Below are positions 34,558 to 46,776 of a stretch of 64,000 nt of DNA, one piece after another. Position 1 is the first letter of the stretch; every line of letters begins with the position of its first letter. The notes under the pieces are model-generated. The model saw nothing but the letters and a program-made list of their open reading frames with translations, did not search any database and had not been told where the DNA came from. Location: positions 1-64,000 of the forward strand of contig NIVC01002712.1 in NCBI GenBank assembly GCA_002269645.1, written 5' to 3'. This DNA is from Macrostomum lignano (Eukaryota). A program made the position numbers and the translations under genes.

Positions 34558-37500
34558 CTAGAGAAGTCGGTCAGCAAGTGCCCTAACACCATCGGGCAAT
34601 GAGTCAGCACTCTGCAGCAGTGAGTCAGCGGCCTCCCTCACCCAGCCAGCAGTCTGACAGTCCAACTGACCGCAGTCAGCCAGTCTGCAATAAGCCCTGA
34701 CTAAGCATCTCGCTAAGCCGGGCCTTCTACCCAGCGCTGCCTGATGCAGCAGCGATGGCAGCAGCTGCTGGGCCAAGAAGCTGCGGCATGCAGAGTCCAG
34801 TTTCGAGTGTACAGTGGCACTGGACACGCTGGCATGCAGCAGACGGCTGGCAGCGCTGACGCACCAGCAGGACAGCAGGGGCAGCTGCAGACAGTCCTGC
34901 AGCAGAGGCAGCAGACCCGGTGGCAGAGGCTCGAACTGGAGCAGCCGTGTCAGCAACTTCGCCAGGCTGCACTGCACCGCTTGTGCCTGCCTGGCCGGTC
35001 CCAGCAGCAGCTGACGGACAGCAGGCGCCCAGTCCATGGGTGGCAGTGGCCGTGCTGAGGTGTTGGGACCCTGCTCTGTGCAGCTGAGCAGGCAGTCTAA
35101 ACAGAGATGGCGCAATTCTGGACTTGAGTCCTTAGCAACCAGGGTAGCAACGATTGCTCTGAGCAGGCTGGTGTCGGGCAGGTAGTCGAGAGTGTCGCTG
35201 AGTCGGTGCCACAGGTGAGCGTCGGTCTTGAGGCTGGCGACTGAGTACCAGTTGGTGAGGTTGCCTGGGGGTTGGGTTTGAGGTCTTCTGATTTGGTTTG
35301 GTGTTAGGTGAGGTTTAGAGTGGTTGTCGCGGGTTTTAAGCGGGGTTGGGGCCGGGGGTGTAAGGTAAGGTTGTGACTGGATATCTAGGAGTCAGGTATT
35401 CTGACGGAGGTCGCGAACCAACGGATCGAGGTATCTGGTAACAGTGACAATGTTGTCTCGTGGCTAGTTGTCAGATAACCGAAAAAAGATCACAGACAGG
35501 GGTGTCAGCTGACAGTATCAGGAAGGGTTGCCAGTTGATAGGGTGTCAGGTGACAAGGTGTCAGGTAATATGTTATCAGGTGTCAGGGTGTCAGGTGACA
35601 GGGTGTCAGATGTCAGGGTATCAGATGTCAGGGTGTCAGGTGACAGGGTGTCACATGTCAGGGTGTCAGATGTCAGAGTGTCAGATGTCAGGGCATTAGA
35701 TGACAGGGTGTCAGATGTCAGGGTATCAGGTGTCAGTGTCACATGTCAGGGTGTCAGATGTCAGGGTGTCAGGTGTCAGCGTCAGATGTCAGGGTATCAT
35801 ATGTCAGGGTGTCAGGTGTCAGGGTGTCAGGTGTCAGGGTATCAGATGTCAGGGTGTCAGGTGTCAGGGTGTCAGGTGTCAGTGTCAGATGTCAGGGTAT
35901 CAGATTCAGATTTCAGGGTGTCACATGTCAGGGTGTCAGATGTCAGGGCATCAGATGACAGGGTGTCAGATGTCAGGGCATCAGATGACAGGGTGTCAGA
36001 TGTCAGGGTGTCAGGTGACAGGGTGTCAGACGCAGTAAGCAGCTCACCCAGAATCCAGGCCACTCCAGCTCCGGTAGCAGGCGTGGTGCTGTTCCAAGCC
36101 GCAGACAGGTCGCCATGGTAACGGTCCTCGGACAGGCCAGCCCTGCGCACAGCCGCAGGCGGCAGAGGCAGGCGGCACCACTGATACTCGGAGCCCAGCG
36201 CAGCCGCCAGTGCAGCAACAGCCGAGTGGAAGCCGCCATCCCCAGACTGGTAATTGACAGCCCGCTGCAGCTGCAGGTAGGCAGCCCTGAGCTGCTCCAC
36301 AGCGCTCTGCCGAGCATCTCTCAAAGCCAGCAGAGCTCTGATGAGCAGGCCACGAGAGGTGCCGCGAATCGCTTCAACAGTACCTGCAGTGTCACTTCGC
36401 TGAGCCAGCAGCAGAGACTCTACAATATCCCTTACCGACGACTGCTCAGACGATGATGAGGTCCGGAGTTCGCGCCCCGACACTAAAGCCAGAGCCAGAT
36501 GAGCGGAGACAGCTAAGCAGAGATCCTCATTATCATAATTAGCATGCTTCAGCAGCTCGGAGGCGGTCAGGCTGAACTGTGCTGTCAGGTCGGCACTGCC
36601 AGACAGCAGCAGAGCCGGTGCCAGCTTCGCCAGGCCCAGCAGCGACCCTCCGGAGCCGGGAGGACCCGCCAAGGCACAGCGAGAGAACCGGCTGCACAAT
36701 GGGGCCACGGCGGAGGCTGGGCAGCTGGATATGCAGCGGGAGAGCAGGTCACCGCAGGCCAGGCCAGTAGCGGCTAAGAGCTGGGATTGCTGCTGCTGCT
36801 GCTGCTGTTGCTGCTCCAAGCTGGTTAAAAGACGGCTGGCCAGGCTTAGCAGGTCCGGTGGCTCTTCTGTGGTTGCCGTGGCAGCAGCGGCAGCCGCAGC
36901 GGCGGCAGAGGCGGCTGGAAGGCACAGCAAGGCCGCGCAGCGGAGCGCCGAGTCGCCTCCAGCGCGACGCCATAGGACCGCATCGGCGGGGGCGGCCGCG
37001 GTGCCGGTAGCGGGGACGACGGGTCGATCGCCAAAGGCGGCGGCTGAGATTGAGTTGAAGAGGCTGTGACACCAGCTGGCTGCGGCTGCTGGCGAGGTGG
37101 TTGAATGGCTTCCTGGTGATGTCGAATACTTGACTCCGCCCCTGTGTCCTTGAATCTGCACTCTACCCAGAATCCGCTTCCCCCCTCTAAAATCCGCCCT
37201 CACCTCCTGGAATCCGCCCCTATACTCTAAACTCCGTCACCCTTCAGAATCCGCCCTCTCCCTTTAGAACCCGCCCCCTCCCCCAAAAACCGCCCCCTCT
37301 CACAGAATCCACCCTCTCCCTCCAGAATCCGCCCTCTCCCTCCAGAATCCACCCTCTCCCTCCAGAATCCGCCCTCTCCCTCCAGAATCCGCCCTCTCCC
37401 TCCAGAATCCGCCCTCTCCCTCCAGAATTGCAACCCTCGCTCAGAACCCGACCTCTCCCTAGAAACCGCTATCCTCCCAGAATCCGCCCTCTCCTCCTAG

Positions 37501-38596
37501 AATCCGCCTTCTACTCCTAGAATCCACCCTCTTCCCCTAGTATCCGCCCTCTCCTTCCCAGAATCCGCCCTCTTACTGCAGAATCCGCCCTCTTACTCCA
37601 GAATCCGCCATCTCCTCCCAGAATCCGCTCTCTCCCAGAATCTACCTTCTCCTTCCCAGAATCCGCCCTCTTACTGCAGAATTCGCCCTCTTACTCCAGA
37701 ATCCACCCTCTCCTCACAGAATCCACCCTCTCCCCACAGAATCCACCCTCTCCTCCAATAATCCGCCCTCTTACTCCAGAATCCGCCTTCTTCCTCCAGA
37801 ATCCGCCCTCTGACTCCAAGAATCCGCCCTCTCCCTCAGAATCCGCCCTCTCCTCCCGCCCCCACTCACCATCAGAGCCGGAATTTCCACCCGCAGCCTC
37901 CCCAGCCGCAGCGGTCAGCGCGCCAGCCAAGCCGGTCAGGGCCAGAGGAAACGCGGTGAAATGTGTCGCTTTGGTCGCTGCCGACACCACGGTATCAACG
38001 CATTGCATCCAGTCTGCTTCAGTGCTCTGCTTCTGTGGCCTCTGCTGCTTTTTCGGTCCCTGACCAGCCGTCAGGTCAGCTGATTTCAGAGTCTGCAACA
38101 ATCTGGCAGCAAAGTCTGTCCAAGACTCCACAATGCCAAGCAGGCAGTGGCGGCTCCCCTCGAACGGCAGCCGGCGGCTCTCGATGACCAGCAGGCGAAG
38201 ATCGGTCAGGCTGGGACTTCGGCACACGCGCAGGTGGGCATCGCACAGGTGAGCCACGGTTTCTGGCTCCGCTCCGGGCTGCTGAAGCCGGGACTGCACC
38301 TGAGATGCCAGGTGTCTCACTAGAGGGCTGCTGGACTGGCTGGATGGCCCCGGCTCTGCTGACCGGCTGGTCAGGGACTGGTGGCGATGGGGAAGGCTGG
38401 CCAGCTCCTTGGTTGCCAGGCCAGATAAGAAGGCGAGGGCGCTGGACCGATCCAGCTCGTCATGCAGGAACTGGGATGCGATCTGCGGCCACACGGAGCC
38501 TGGTGGCGGGTTGGGGGATAAGAGGGACTTAGGCAGACAGAAAGACAGACAGACAGACACACAGACAGACAGACAGACAGACAGACACACAGACAC

Positions 38597-38647
<51 letters not shown>

Positions 38648-38654
38648 CTAAGAA

Positions 38655-38699
<45 letters not shown>

Positions 38700-38706
38700 C
38701 TAAGAA

Positions 38707-38757
<51 letters not shown>

Positions 38758-38782
38758 AAGACAGACAGACAGACAGACAGGC

Positions 38783-38839
<57 letters not shown>

Positions 38840-38846
38840 CTAAGAA

Positions 38847-38887
<41 letters not shown>

Positions 38888-38894
38888 CTAAGAA

Positions 38895-38959
<65 letters not shown>

Positions 38960-38962
38960 GGC

Positions 38963-38995
<33 letters not shown>

Positions 38996-38996
38996 C

Positions 38997-39071
<75 letters not shown>

Positions 39072-39138
39072 CACAGACAGACAGACAGACAGACACACAG
39101 ACAGACAGACAGACAGACACACAGACAGACAGACAGAC

Positions 39139-39191
<53 letters not shown>

Positions 39192-39192
39192 C

Positions 39193-39233
<41 letters not shown>

Positions 39234-39248
39234 TAGACAGACAGACAC

Positions 39249-39303
<55 letters not shown>

Positions 39304-39304
39304 C

Positions 39305-39363
<59 letters not shown>

Positions 39364-39364
39364 C

Positions 39365-39439
<75 letters not shown>

Positions 39440-39506
39440 CACAGACAGACACACAGACAGACACACAGACAGACAGACAGACAGACACACAGACAGACAG
39501 ACAGAC

Positions 39507-39557
<51 letters not shown>

Positions 39558-42500
39558 ACCAAGCCCTCACCTGGCAGCAGCTGCTGTCTCTCGCCCAGCC
39601 CCTCCCTATCGCTGGCCTGCTCATCCGCGGTGCCATCAGAGTCGGTGAGCAGCGCCACGGAGCAGCCGGGCGGCAGCTGAGAGCCGCACAGAGCCAGCAC
39701 CTCTCTGCTAGGCCGGAAGTCCTCCAACCGGAAGTTGCCAAGCGCAGCCAGGGCGGCGCAGCTCACCGACCGTTTAGGAGAGTCGGCAACCAGGTGCCAC
39801 AGCCAGGTGACTCGGTCGGCGATGAAAGACTGCGATTGGTGATAATTAACGGCCTCTGTACACCTTGTGTGAGCGTGAGTATGAGTGCTTTGGGGGGGGG
39901 CACAAAGGGGGTTGTAGCTCAGTGGTCAGAGCGTTAGAATTATGACTTGAAGGTCGGGGGTTCGATTCCCGACACCCACTCGGAACAATTTGTGTCCTTA
40001 AGCAAGACACTTTTAACTAGGGGTCGGCAAACTTTTTACCTACAGGGCCAGATAGACAACCCAATGCATGACTGCGGGCCAGAGGAGGGAATAGAGAAAA
40101 GAAGTAGGAATAAGGAGAGGCGAAGAAATATAGAAGAGAAAAGACGAGAGGAGAGGAGAGAGGAGGGAGAGGAGAGGAAAAGGGAGATGAGAGGAGAGGA
40201 GAAGGAGATGAGAGGAGAGGAAAGGAAAGGAAAGGAAAGGAGAGGAGAGGAGAGGGGAGGAGAGGAGAGGAAAGGAAAGGAAAGGAGAGGAGAGGAGAGG
40301 AGAGAGGAGAGAGAGGAAAGGAGGAAGGAAAGGAGAGGAGAGGAGAGGAGAGGAGAGGAAAGGAAAGGAAGGAGAGGAGAGGAGAGGGGAGGAGAGGAGA
40401 GGAAAGGAAAGGAAGGAGAGGAGAGGAGGGAGAGGAGAGGAGAGGAGAAAGGAAAGGAAAGGAGAGGAGAGGAGAGGAGAGGAGAGGAGAGGAAAGGAAA
40501 GGAAAGGAAAGGAGAGGAGAGGAGAGGGGAGGAGAGGAGAGGAAAGGAAAGGAAAGGAGAGGAGAGGAGAGGAGAGGAGAGGAGAGGAGAGGAAAGGAAA
40601 GGAGAGGAGAGGAGAGGAGAGGAGAGGAGAGGAAAGGAAAGGAAAGGAGAGGAGAGGAGAGGAGAGGAGAGGAGAGGAAAGGAAAGGAAAGGAAAGGAGA
40701 GGAGAGGAGAGGAGAGGAGAGGAAAGGAAAGGAAAGGAAAGGAGAGGAGAGGAGAGGGGAGGAGAGGAGAGGAAAGGAAAGGAAAGGAGAGGAGGAGAGG
40801 AGAGGAGAGGAGAGGAGAGGAAAGGAAAGGAAAGGAGAGGAGAGGAGAGGGGAGGAGAGGAGAGGAAAGGAAAGGAAAGGAGAGGAGAGAGAGGAGAGGA
40901 GAGGGGAGGAGAGGAGAGGGGAGGAGAGGAGAGGAGAGGAGAGGAGAGGGGAGGAGAGGAGAGGGGAGGAAAGGAGATGAGAGGAGAGGGGAGGAGAGGA
41001 GAAGAGAGGAGAGGAGAGGAGATGAGAGGAGAGGAGAGGAAAGGAGATGAGAGGAGATGAGAGGAGAGGGGAGGAGAGGAGAGGAGAGGAGAGGAAAGGA
41101 AAGGAGAGGAGAGGAGAGGGAGGAGAGGAGAGGAAAGGAGAGGAGAGGAGAGGAGGAGATGAGAGGAGAGGAGAGGAGAGGAAAGGAGAGGAGAGGAGAG
41201 GAGAGGGAGGAGAGGAGAGGAAAGGAAAGGAAAGGAGAGGAGAGGAGAGGAGAGGAGAGGAGAGGAAAGGAAAGGAGAGGAGAGGAGAGGAGAGGAGAGG
41301 AAAGGAAAGGAAAGGAAAGGAGAGGAGAGGAGAGGGGAGGAGAGGAGAGGAAAGGAAAGGAAAGGAGAGGAGAGGAGAGGGGAGGAGAGGGAGAAAGGAA
41401 AGGAAAGGAGAGAGGAGAGGAGAGGAGAGGAGAGGAAAGGAAAGGAAAGGAGAGGAGAGGAGAGGAGAGGAAAGGAAAGGAAAGGAAAGGAGAGGAGAGG
41501 AGAGGGGAGGAGAGGAGAGGAAAGGAAAGGAAAGGAGAGGAGAGGAGAGGAGAGGAGAGGAGAGGAGAGGAGAGGAGAGGAGAGGAAAGGAAAGGAGAGG
41601 AGAGGAGAGGAGAGGAGAGGAGAGGAGAGGAAAGGAAAGGAAAGGAGAGGGAGAGGAGAGGAGAGGAGAGGAAAGGAAAGGAAAGGAGAGGAGAGGAGAG
41701 GAGAGGAGAGGAAAGGAAAGGAAAGGAAAGGAGAGGAGAGGAGAGGGGAGGAGAGGAGAGGAAAGGAAAGGAAAGGAGAGGAGAGGAGAGGAGAGGAGAG
41801 GAGAGGAGAGGAAAGGAAAGGAAAGGAGAGGAGAGGAGAGGGAGGAGAGGAGAGGAAAGGAAAGGAAAGGAGAGGAGAGGAGAGGAGAGGGGAGGAGAGG
41901 AGAGGGGAGGAGAGGAGAGGAGAGGAGAGGAGAGGGGAGGAGAGGAGAGGGGAGGAAAGGAGATGAGAGGAGAGGGGAGGAGAGGAGAAGAGAGGAGAGG
42001 AGAGGAGATGAGAGGAGAGGAGAGGAAAGGAGATGAGAGGAGATGAGAGGAGAGGGGAGGAGAGGAGAGGAGAGGAGAGGAAAGGAAAGGAGAGGAGAGG
42101 AGAGGAGAGGGGAGGAGAGGAGAGGAGAGGAAAGGAGAGGAGAGGAGAGGAGGAGATGAGAGGAGAGGAGAGGAGAGGAAAGGAGATGAGAGGAGAGGAG
42201 AGGAGAGGAGAGGGGAGGAGAGGAGAGGAGAGGAAAGGAGAGGAGAGGAGAGGAGAGGAGATGAGAGGAGAGGAGAGGAGAGGAAAGGAGATGAGAGGAG
42301 AGGAGAGGAGAGGAGAGGAGAGGAGAGGAGAGGAGAATAGAGAGGCGAGAGAAGAGAGCTGAGAAGAGACAAACTTTGAGCGGGCCGGATTGCTACTGAG
42401 AAGTTTCAAAGGACCCGAGGGCCGGATAGAGGAAGAAATTGGAAATGGAGATAAATAAGGGAGTCATGGAGGGGCTATAGAGATGCTTTGTGGGCCGGAC

Positions 42501-45500
42501 CCCTGCTTTTAACTCTCTTCATTGCTTCAGTTCACCCAGCTGTAAAATGGGCTCAATAGCTACGGCTGAGCCGTCGGTTGCACATTCTAGCCCAAGCGAT
42601 CTGTATACCGATATGTATCGAAAAGACACTATATTCAAAGCTTACCTGATACTGCTCAGTCTCGAGTCTAACGCAGCCAGCAGTGCCAGTCAGGCGGCAC
42701 ATTGCGGCAAGAAGTTTCGGTCGGCGGTGCAAATGCTGACTGGCCCGCTGCCCAGAGTCCGTGACATTCGGAGCGAGTCTACTCAGTGTAGACTCCAGCT
42801 CCATCTCCTTAGCTAGCACCAGCAGTCTGATAAATTCAATAGCTAATACGATTAACTCGTCCGGAGAATTCGGGTCGGTTGCTAGGCGAAATACTCGGTC
42901 TAAGTAGACAATGGCTCGTTGGCTCGGCGCCAGCTCGGCTAGTCGAATGTAGGCTCGGTAGCGGGCGAGTTCGAGGCGTTTGCTATCAGCGGAATCGGCT
43001 GCTCTGGGCCAGGTGGACAGCAGTCGCTCCAGCTGGGAGAACAGCCGGTCGTCTCTGGACCAGAGCCGCACTGCCGAGTGAAGAAGGCTGAGGATTGGGG
43101 CATCGGGGATGGAGGGGTCAATTAAGGACAATCAGCGATAGTTAAGTGTCATTAAAGTACATTTAAGGACACTTCTAATAATTGAAGGTCGTTAGAGTAC
43201 ATTTTACGTCGTTAGGGTTATTTCAGGACATTTCTAGTAATCCAGGGTCATGAAAGTACACTTCAAGCAATTTTTGGCTAATAAAGTACATTTTAATTAA
43301 TCGATTTCTATTAAAGTACACTTAAGTAATCTAGGGCCATTAAAGTGCATCAAGTTATTAAAGGCCATTAGGGTACATTTCTAGTATCGAAAGTACTTCA
43401 AGCCCATTTCAAGCACATTAAGGACATTTTAAATAACCGAGGGTCATTTAAGGGCATTTCTAGTGATCGAGGGTCATTTAGGTACATTTTAAGCAATCGA
43501 GTGCCATTAAAGTACATTTCAAGTAATCATAGGCCATTAAACTACATTTTAAGTAATCAGGGGCTATTAAAGTACAATTTAGGTAATCTAGTGCCATTAA
43601 AGTACATATTAGGCAATCGAGGGCCATTAAAGTACATTTAGTAACTCAAGATTATTTAGGTACATTTCTAGTAATCGAGGGTCATTTAAGTACACTATCA
43701 ACAATGCCAACAAAGGTCAATCAAGTTACCTGGGATAGCAGGCAGCCGAACAGGTGGCAGCCAGTCTCACAGCAGCTTGCATGGCTCTGCTGGCGGCCGC
43801 TGTGCCAGCCAGATCACCTAAACAGTCCAGAGCCACAGCCAGCAGTCGCGGCTGCCGATGCCATCGCATCTGGTGCAACAGCAGAGCCAACGGCAGCGAC
43901 TGCGCCAGCCTGTTGTTACTGCCGCCAGCAGATAATCTGGTCAGCTGGGTAAGCATAGAGCTCAGAGCCAGCCGGTAGCTGGCAACCGAACGACATGGCC
44001 ATAGCAACTGGCTAGCCAGCGGAGCCAATCGGGTCAATCGGTGCTGCAACGAAGTAGCCAAATTGACCTCCGCGTCCAGCCAAACGCGTTCGCATCGACG
44101 GTTGAACTCAGCCTCCGACTTATTGTCCAGCTTGGCTAAGCCACAGATTAACTTCACTACTGACAGCTGAGATGCTGTTGGAAAACTGTCCGGATTAGTG
44201 AGCACGGAGATTAGCAAGTCGGGCATATCGTCTGCTGGAGGGGGGTCTGGCAGAGGCGAGTCCGGCTGGCCCAGGCCGCTCTCGAGTAGGCGGGTTGCTA
44301 TGGCTGCGCAGCTGCTGGCACTGGCCGCCGAGGCTGGGAGGGGAGGGGGAGATGGTGACCTTTTTTGTCCTTCCCTGTCAGTGACAATAGCTGTGACCTT
44401 TCTTGTCCTTCCCTGTCAGTGACAATAGCTGTGACCTTTCTTGTCCTTCGCTGTCAGTGACAATAGCTGTGACCTTTCTTGTCCTTCCCTGTCAGTGACA
44501 ATAGCTGTGACCTTTCTTGTCCTTCGCTGTCAGTGACAATAGCTGTGACCTTTCTTGTCCTTCCCTGTCAGTGACAATAGCTGTGACCTTTCTTGTCCTT
44601 CGCTGTCAGTGACAATAGCTGTGACCTTTCTTGTCCTTCCCTGTCAGTGACAATAGCTGTGACCTTTCTTGTCCTTCGCTGTCAGTGACAATAGCTGTGA
44701 CCTTTCTTGTCCTTCGCTGTCAGTGACAATAGCTGTGACCTTTCTTGTCCTTCGCTGTCAGTGACAATAGCTGTGACCTTTCTTGTCCTTCCCTGTCAGT
44801 GACAATAGCTGTGACCTTTCTTGTCCTTCCCTGTCAGTGACAATAGCTGTGACCTTTCTTGTCCTTCGCTGTCAGTGACAATAGCTGTGACCTTTCTTGT
44901 CCTTCCCTGTCAGTGACTGACCTTTCGTGTTCGCATTCAAGGGAGATTTACCCTCGCTATCGGAGTCCAAGCAACCGGTTCCTCGAATGGACAGGCAGGC
45001 AATCAAGGGTAGGTAGACGTGCCCAGCAAGCCAGGCCCTGGGCGCGCTCTCAATAGCCAACTCCATCAACTTCCACAGGTCCGGACAGGCAGCCCACCAG
45101 CCTGGCAACAATAAACTAGCCGCCGATATTAACAAATGCGCCCCTAGAAACCGCCTAGCAACCACGCAATCTTTATCGTCCGGTTTTAGTTGTCTAATTA
45201 AAAAGTCCAACGCGTAGTTTGGAATTCGACAACCGACAGACAAACTGGAGCAGAGGCAGTGAACGCATGAGATTAGCAGGGTGAATCGCTTGCACAGAGT
45301 GAGCTCTCCCACCTGCCACCGCTCGCTGAGTCGCTCTATCAGTAGCCAAGCGTAGGCCAGAGTCTCGGCGTCCGACGGCCGACGCTCAACAACGGTTGCT
45401 AAGGCGTTGCTAAGCAAATCGTAAACAATCAGTGAATTGTTATAAAACGATTCTAACAGGTCGAGAATGCTCAGACGGATGGCTAAGGTATTTCCTGGTC

Positions 45501-46700
45501 GATTGAGCTCGGTAAGACAGTAGGTGAAGAATGAGGATCCTGTTGCTAGGAACTGTTCGAGATTGGCCAAGTTGCCATGGCAACAGCAAGCGACGGCTTG
45601 GACTACCTGATGGAGGTTGCAGCGGTCTCGCCTGGTGGGCAGAGGGTGGTTCAGAGAGGTTCTGCCGATGACATGTACTTTAAATTTTATTGAAATCGAA
45701 AAGGCAGTAGGGAATCTCACAATCTCACCCTAGGCGGTAAGGAATCTCACAATCTTACCCTAAGCAGTAGGGAATCTCATAGACAATCTCACCCTAGGCG
45801 GTGAGGAATCTCACAATCTTACCCTAGGCAGTAGGGAATCTCACAATCTCATCCTAGGCGGTGAGGAATCTCACAATCTTACCCTAGGCAGTAGGAAATC
45901 TCACAATCTCACCCTAGGCGGTAGGAAATCGCAAAATCTCCGCCTAGGCAGTAGGGAATCTCACAATCTTACCCTAGGCAGTAGGGAATCTCACAGACAA
46001 TCTCAACCTAGGCGGTGAGGAATCTCATAGACAATCTCACCCTAGGCGGTAGGAAATCTCATATACAATCTCACCCTAGGCGTTAGGGAATCTCACTGAC
46101 AATCTCACCTTAGGCGTTAGGGAATCTCATAGACAATATCACCCTAGGCGCCAAAATGAGTGCCTGCGGCGCCAAAATGAGTGCTAACAAGGCCGATTAC
46201 CAAAAAAATAATGTAGAAATTTAGTTATGTAGAATGCTTGACTTAGTCCCCCACCATAAAATCCATAGCGACGCCCCTGGTGATAATGTCGCTAATTAGA
46301 GTGCACCAGGGTGCACACAGCTCCTATACCTGGCCAATTGTAGAAGTGCAGACTCCCCAGCCGCAGCTGCTCCATCAAGTCCCTTTAAATTATCCAACTC
46401 AGCAGCTAAGAGAGCCAGCCCGAAGAAGTCAGTTTTATAAGCAGAACAGCTGAGCAGAGCTTGCAGCAGAAAGCTTGAAGAGAATTTGCCGTTAGCAACC
46501 AATCCAATACAGCTTTGACAGGCGGGCACGGAGACGCAAGGAGATTGGTGGCAGACAAAGTCGAATAGTTTATCCCAACCGGACACTCGCTGTTTGTTGT
46601 CTGGAGTGACAACACCACCAGGGCCGAGGTGAGCTGTGATTCGATCGCATACCTGACTGCGAAGTTTGTGAAGATTTAACAGCTCATCTGAGTAATCCAT
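34558..46700 (-). CDS. FOCAD: Focadhesin (ARM/HEAT-like), ~1605 aa, 8 exons
   Basis: Exons 46700-46330, 45661-44922, 44333-43730, 43087-42646, 39829-39571, 38499-37870, ~37112-36048, 35264-34558; phases are consistent, but the exon 7 acceptor is uncertain. Colinear FOCAD-like motifs: [70 protein letters not shown]. Confidence 0.85.
35500..36030. repeat. 7/8/15-bp repeat
   Basis: TGTCAGGGTGTCAGA and variants. Confidence 0.9.
37166..37858. repeat. ~20-bp minisatellite
   Basis: AGAATCCGCCCTCTCCCTCC. Confidence 0.9.
38533..39556. repeat. (GACA)n microsatellite, ~1 kb
   Basis: GACA with CACA/GATA/AACA interruptions; a short copy also lies near 28243-28272. Confidence 0.98.
40018..42505. mobile_element. 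hAT (Charlie/MER58-like) MITE containing a 2.2-kb purine microsatellite
   Basis: TIRs TAGGGGTCGGC / GCCGGACCCCTG; perfect 8-bp TSD CTTTTAAC at 40010-40017 and 42506-42513. Confidence 0.85.
40140..42350. repeat. (GGAGA/GGAAA)n homopurine microsatellite, ~2.2 kb
   Basis: Nearly pure G/A pentamers with occasional GGAGAT. Confidence 0.98.
43145..43692. repeat. Old degenerate AT-rich ~33-bp array
   Basis: Recurrent CATTAAAGTACATTT..AGTAATC.AGGG. Confidence 0.75.
44355..44917. repeat. 38-bp minisatellite
   Basis: GTGACAATAGCTGTGACCTTTCTTGTCCTT(C/CG)CTGTCA, near-identical copies. Confidence 0.95.
45703..46150. repeat. 33/37-bp minisatellite
   Basis: GGGAATCTCAC(AGAC)AATCTCACCCTAGGCGGTA. Confidence 0.9.
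46148..46279. mobile_element. Right-end fragment of the same MITE family as 16711-17718
   Basis: Two units of GCGCCAAAATGAGTGC, then CCCCCACCATAAAA..ATAGCGACGCCCCTG matching the right TIR region at 17630-17718. Confidence 0.8.
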
Positions 46701-46776
46701 TGAGCATTTCTGAGAGTTTTAACGCTGTTCTGCAAAATTAGGTTACAGTAGATAGCCATTTTCATAGAAGGTTTAA

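Larger units (their letters stand above)
39907..42635 (+). mobile_element. tRNA-derived CORE-type SINE split by a MITE insertion
   Basis: A-box TAGCTCAGTGG and B-box GGTTCGATTCC, then GTGTCCTTAAGCAAGACACTTTTAAC (to 40017), resuming at 42514 with TCTCTTCATTGCTTCAGTTCACCCAGCTGTAAAATGGG, similar to the MIR/AFC CORE domain. The 3' end is approximate. Confidence 0.75.

Noticed and set aside
39907-39980. tRNA gene
   Set aside because: A and B boxes and the D-stem are present, but the anticodon and acceptor stems do not pair and a SINE CORE follows, so it is a SINE head.
38371-42409. Long ORFs (LSVC..., LSSP..., ERRGE...)
   Set aside because: Translations of GACA and GGAGA/GGAAA microsatellites within FOCAD introns.
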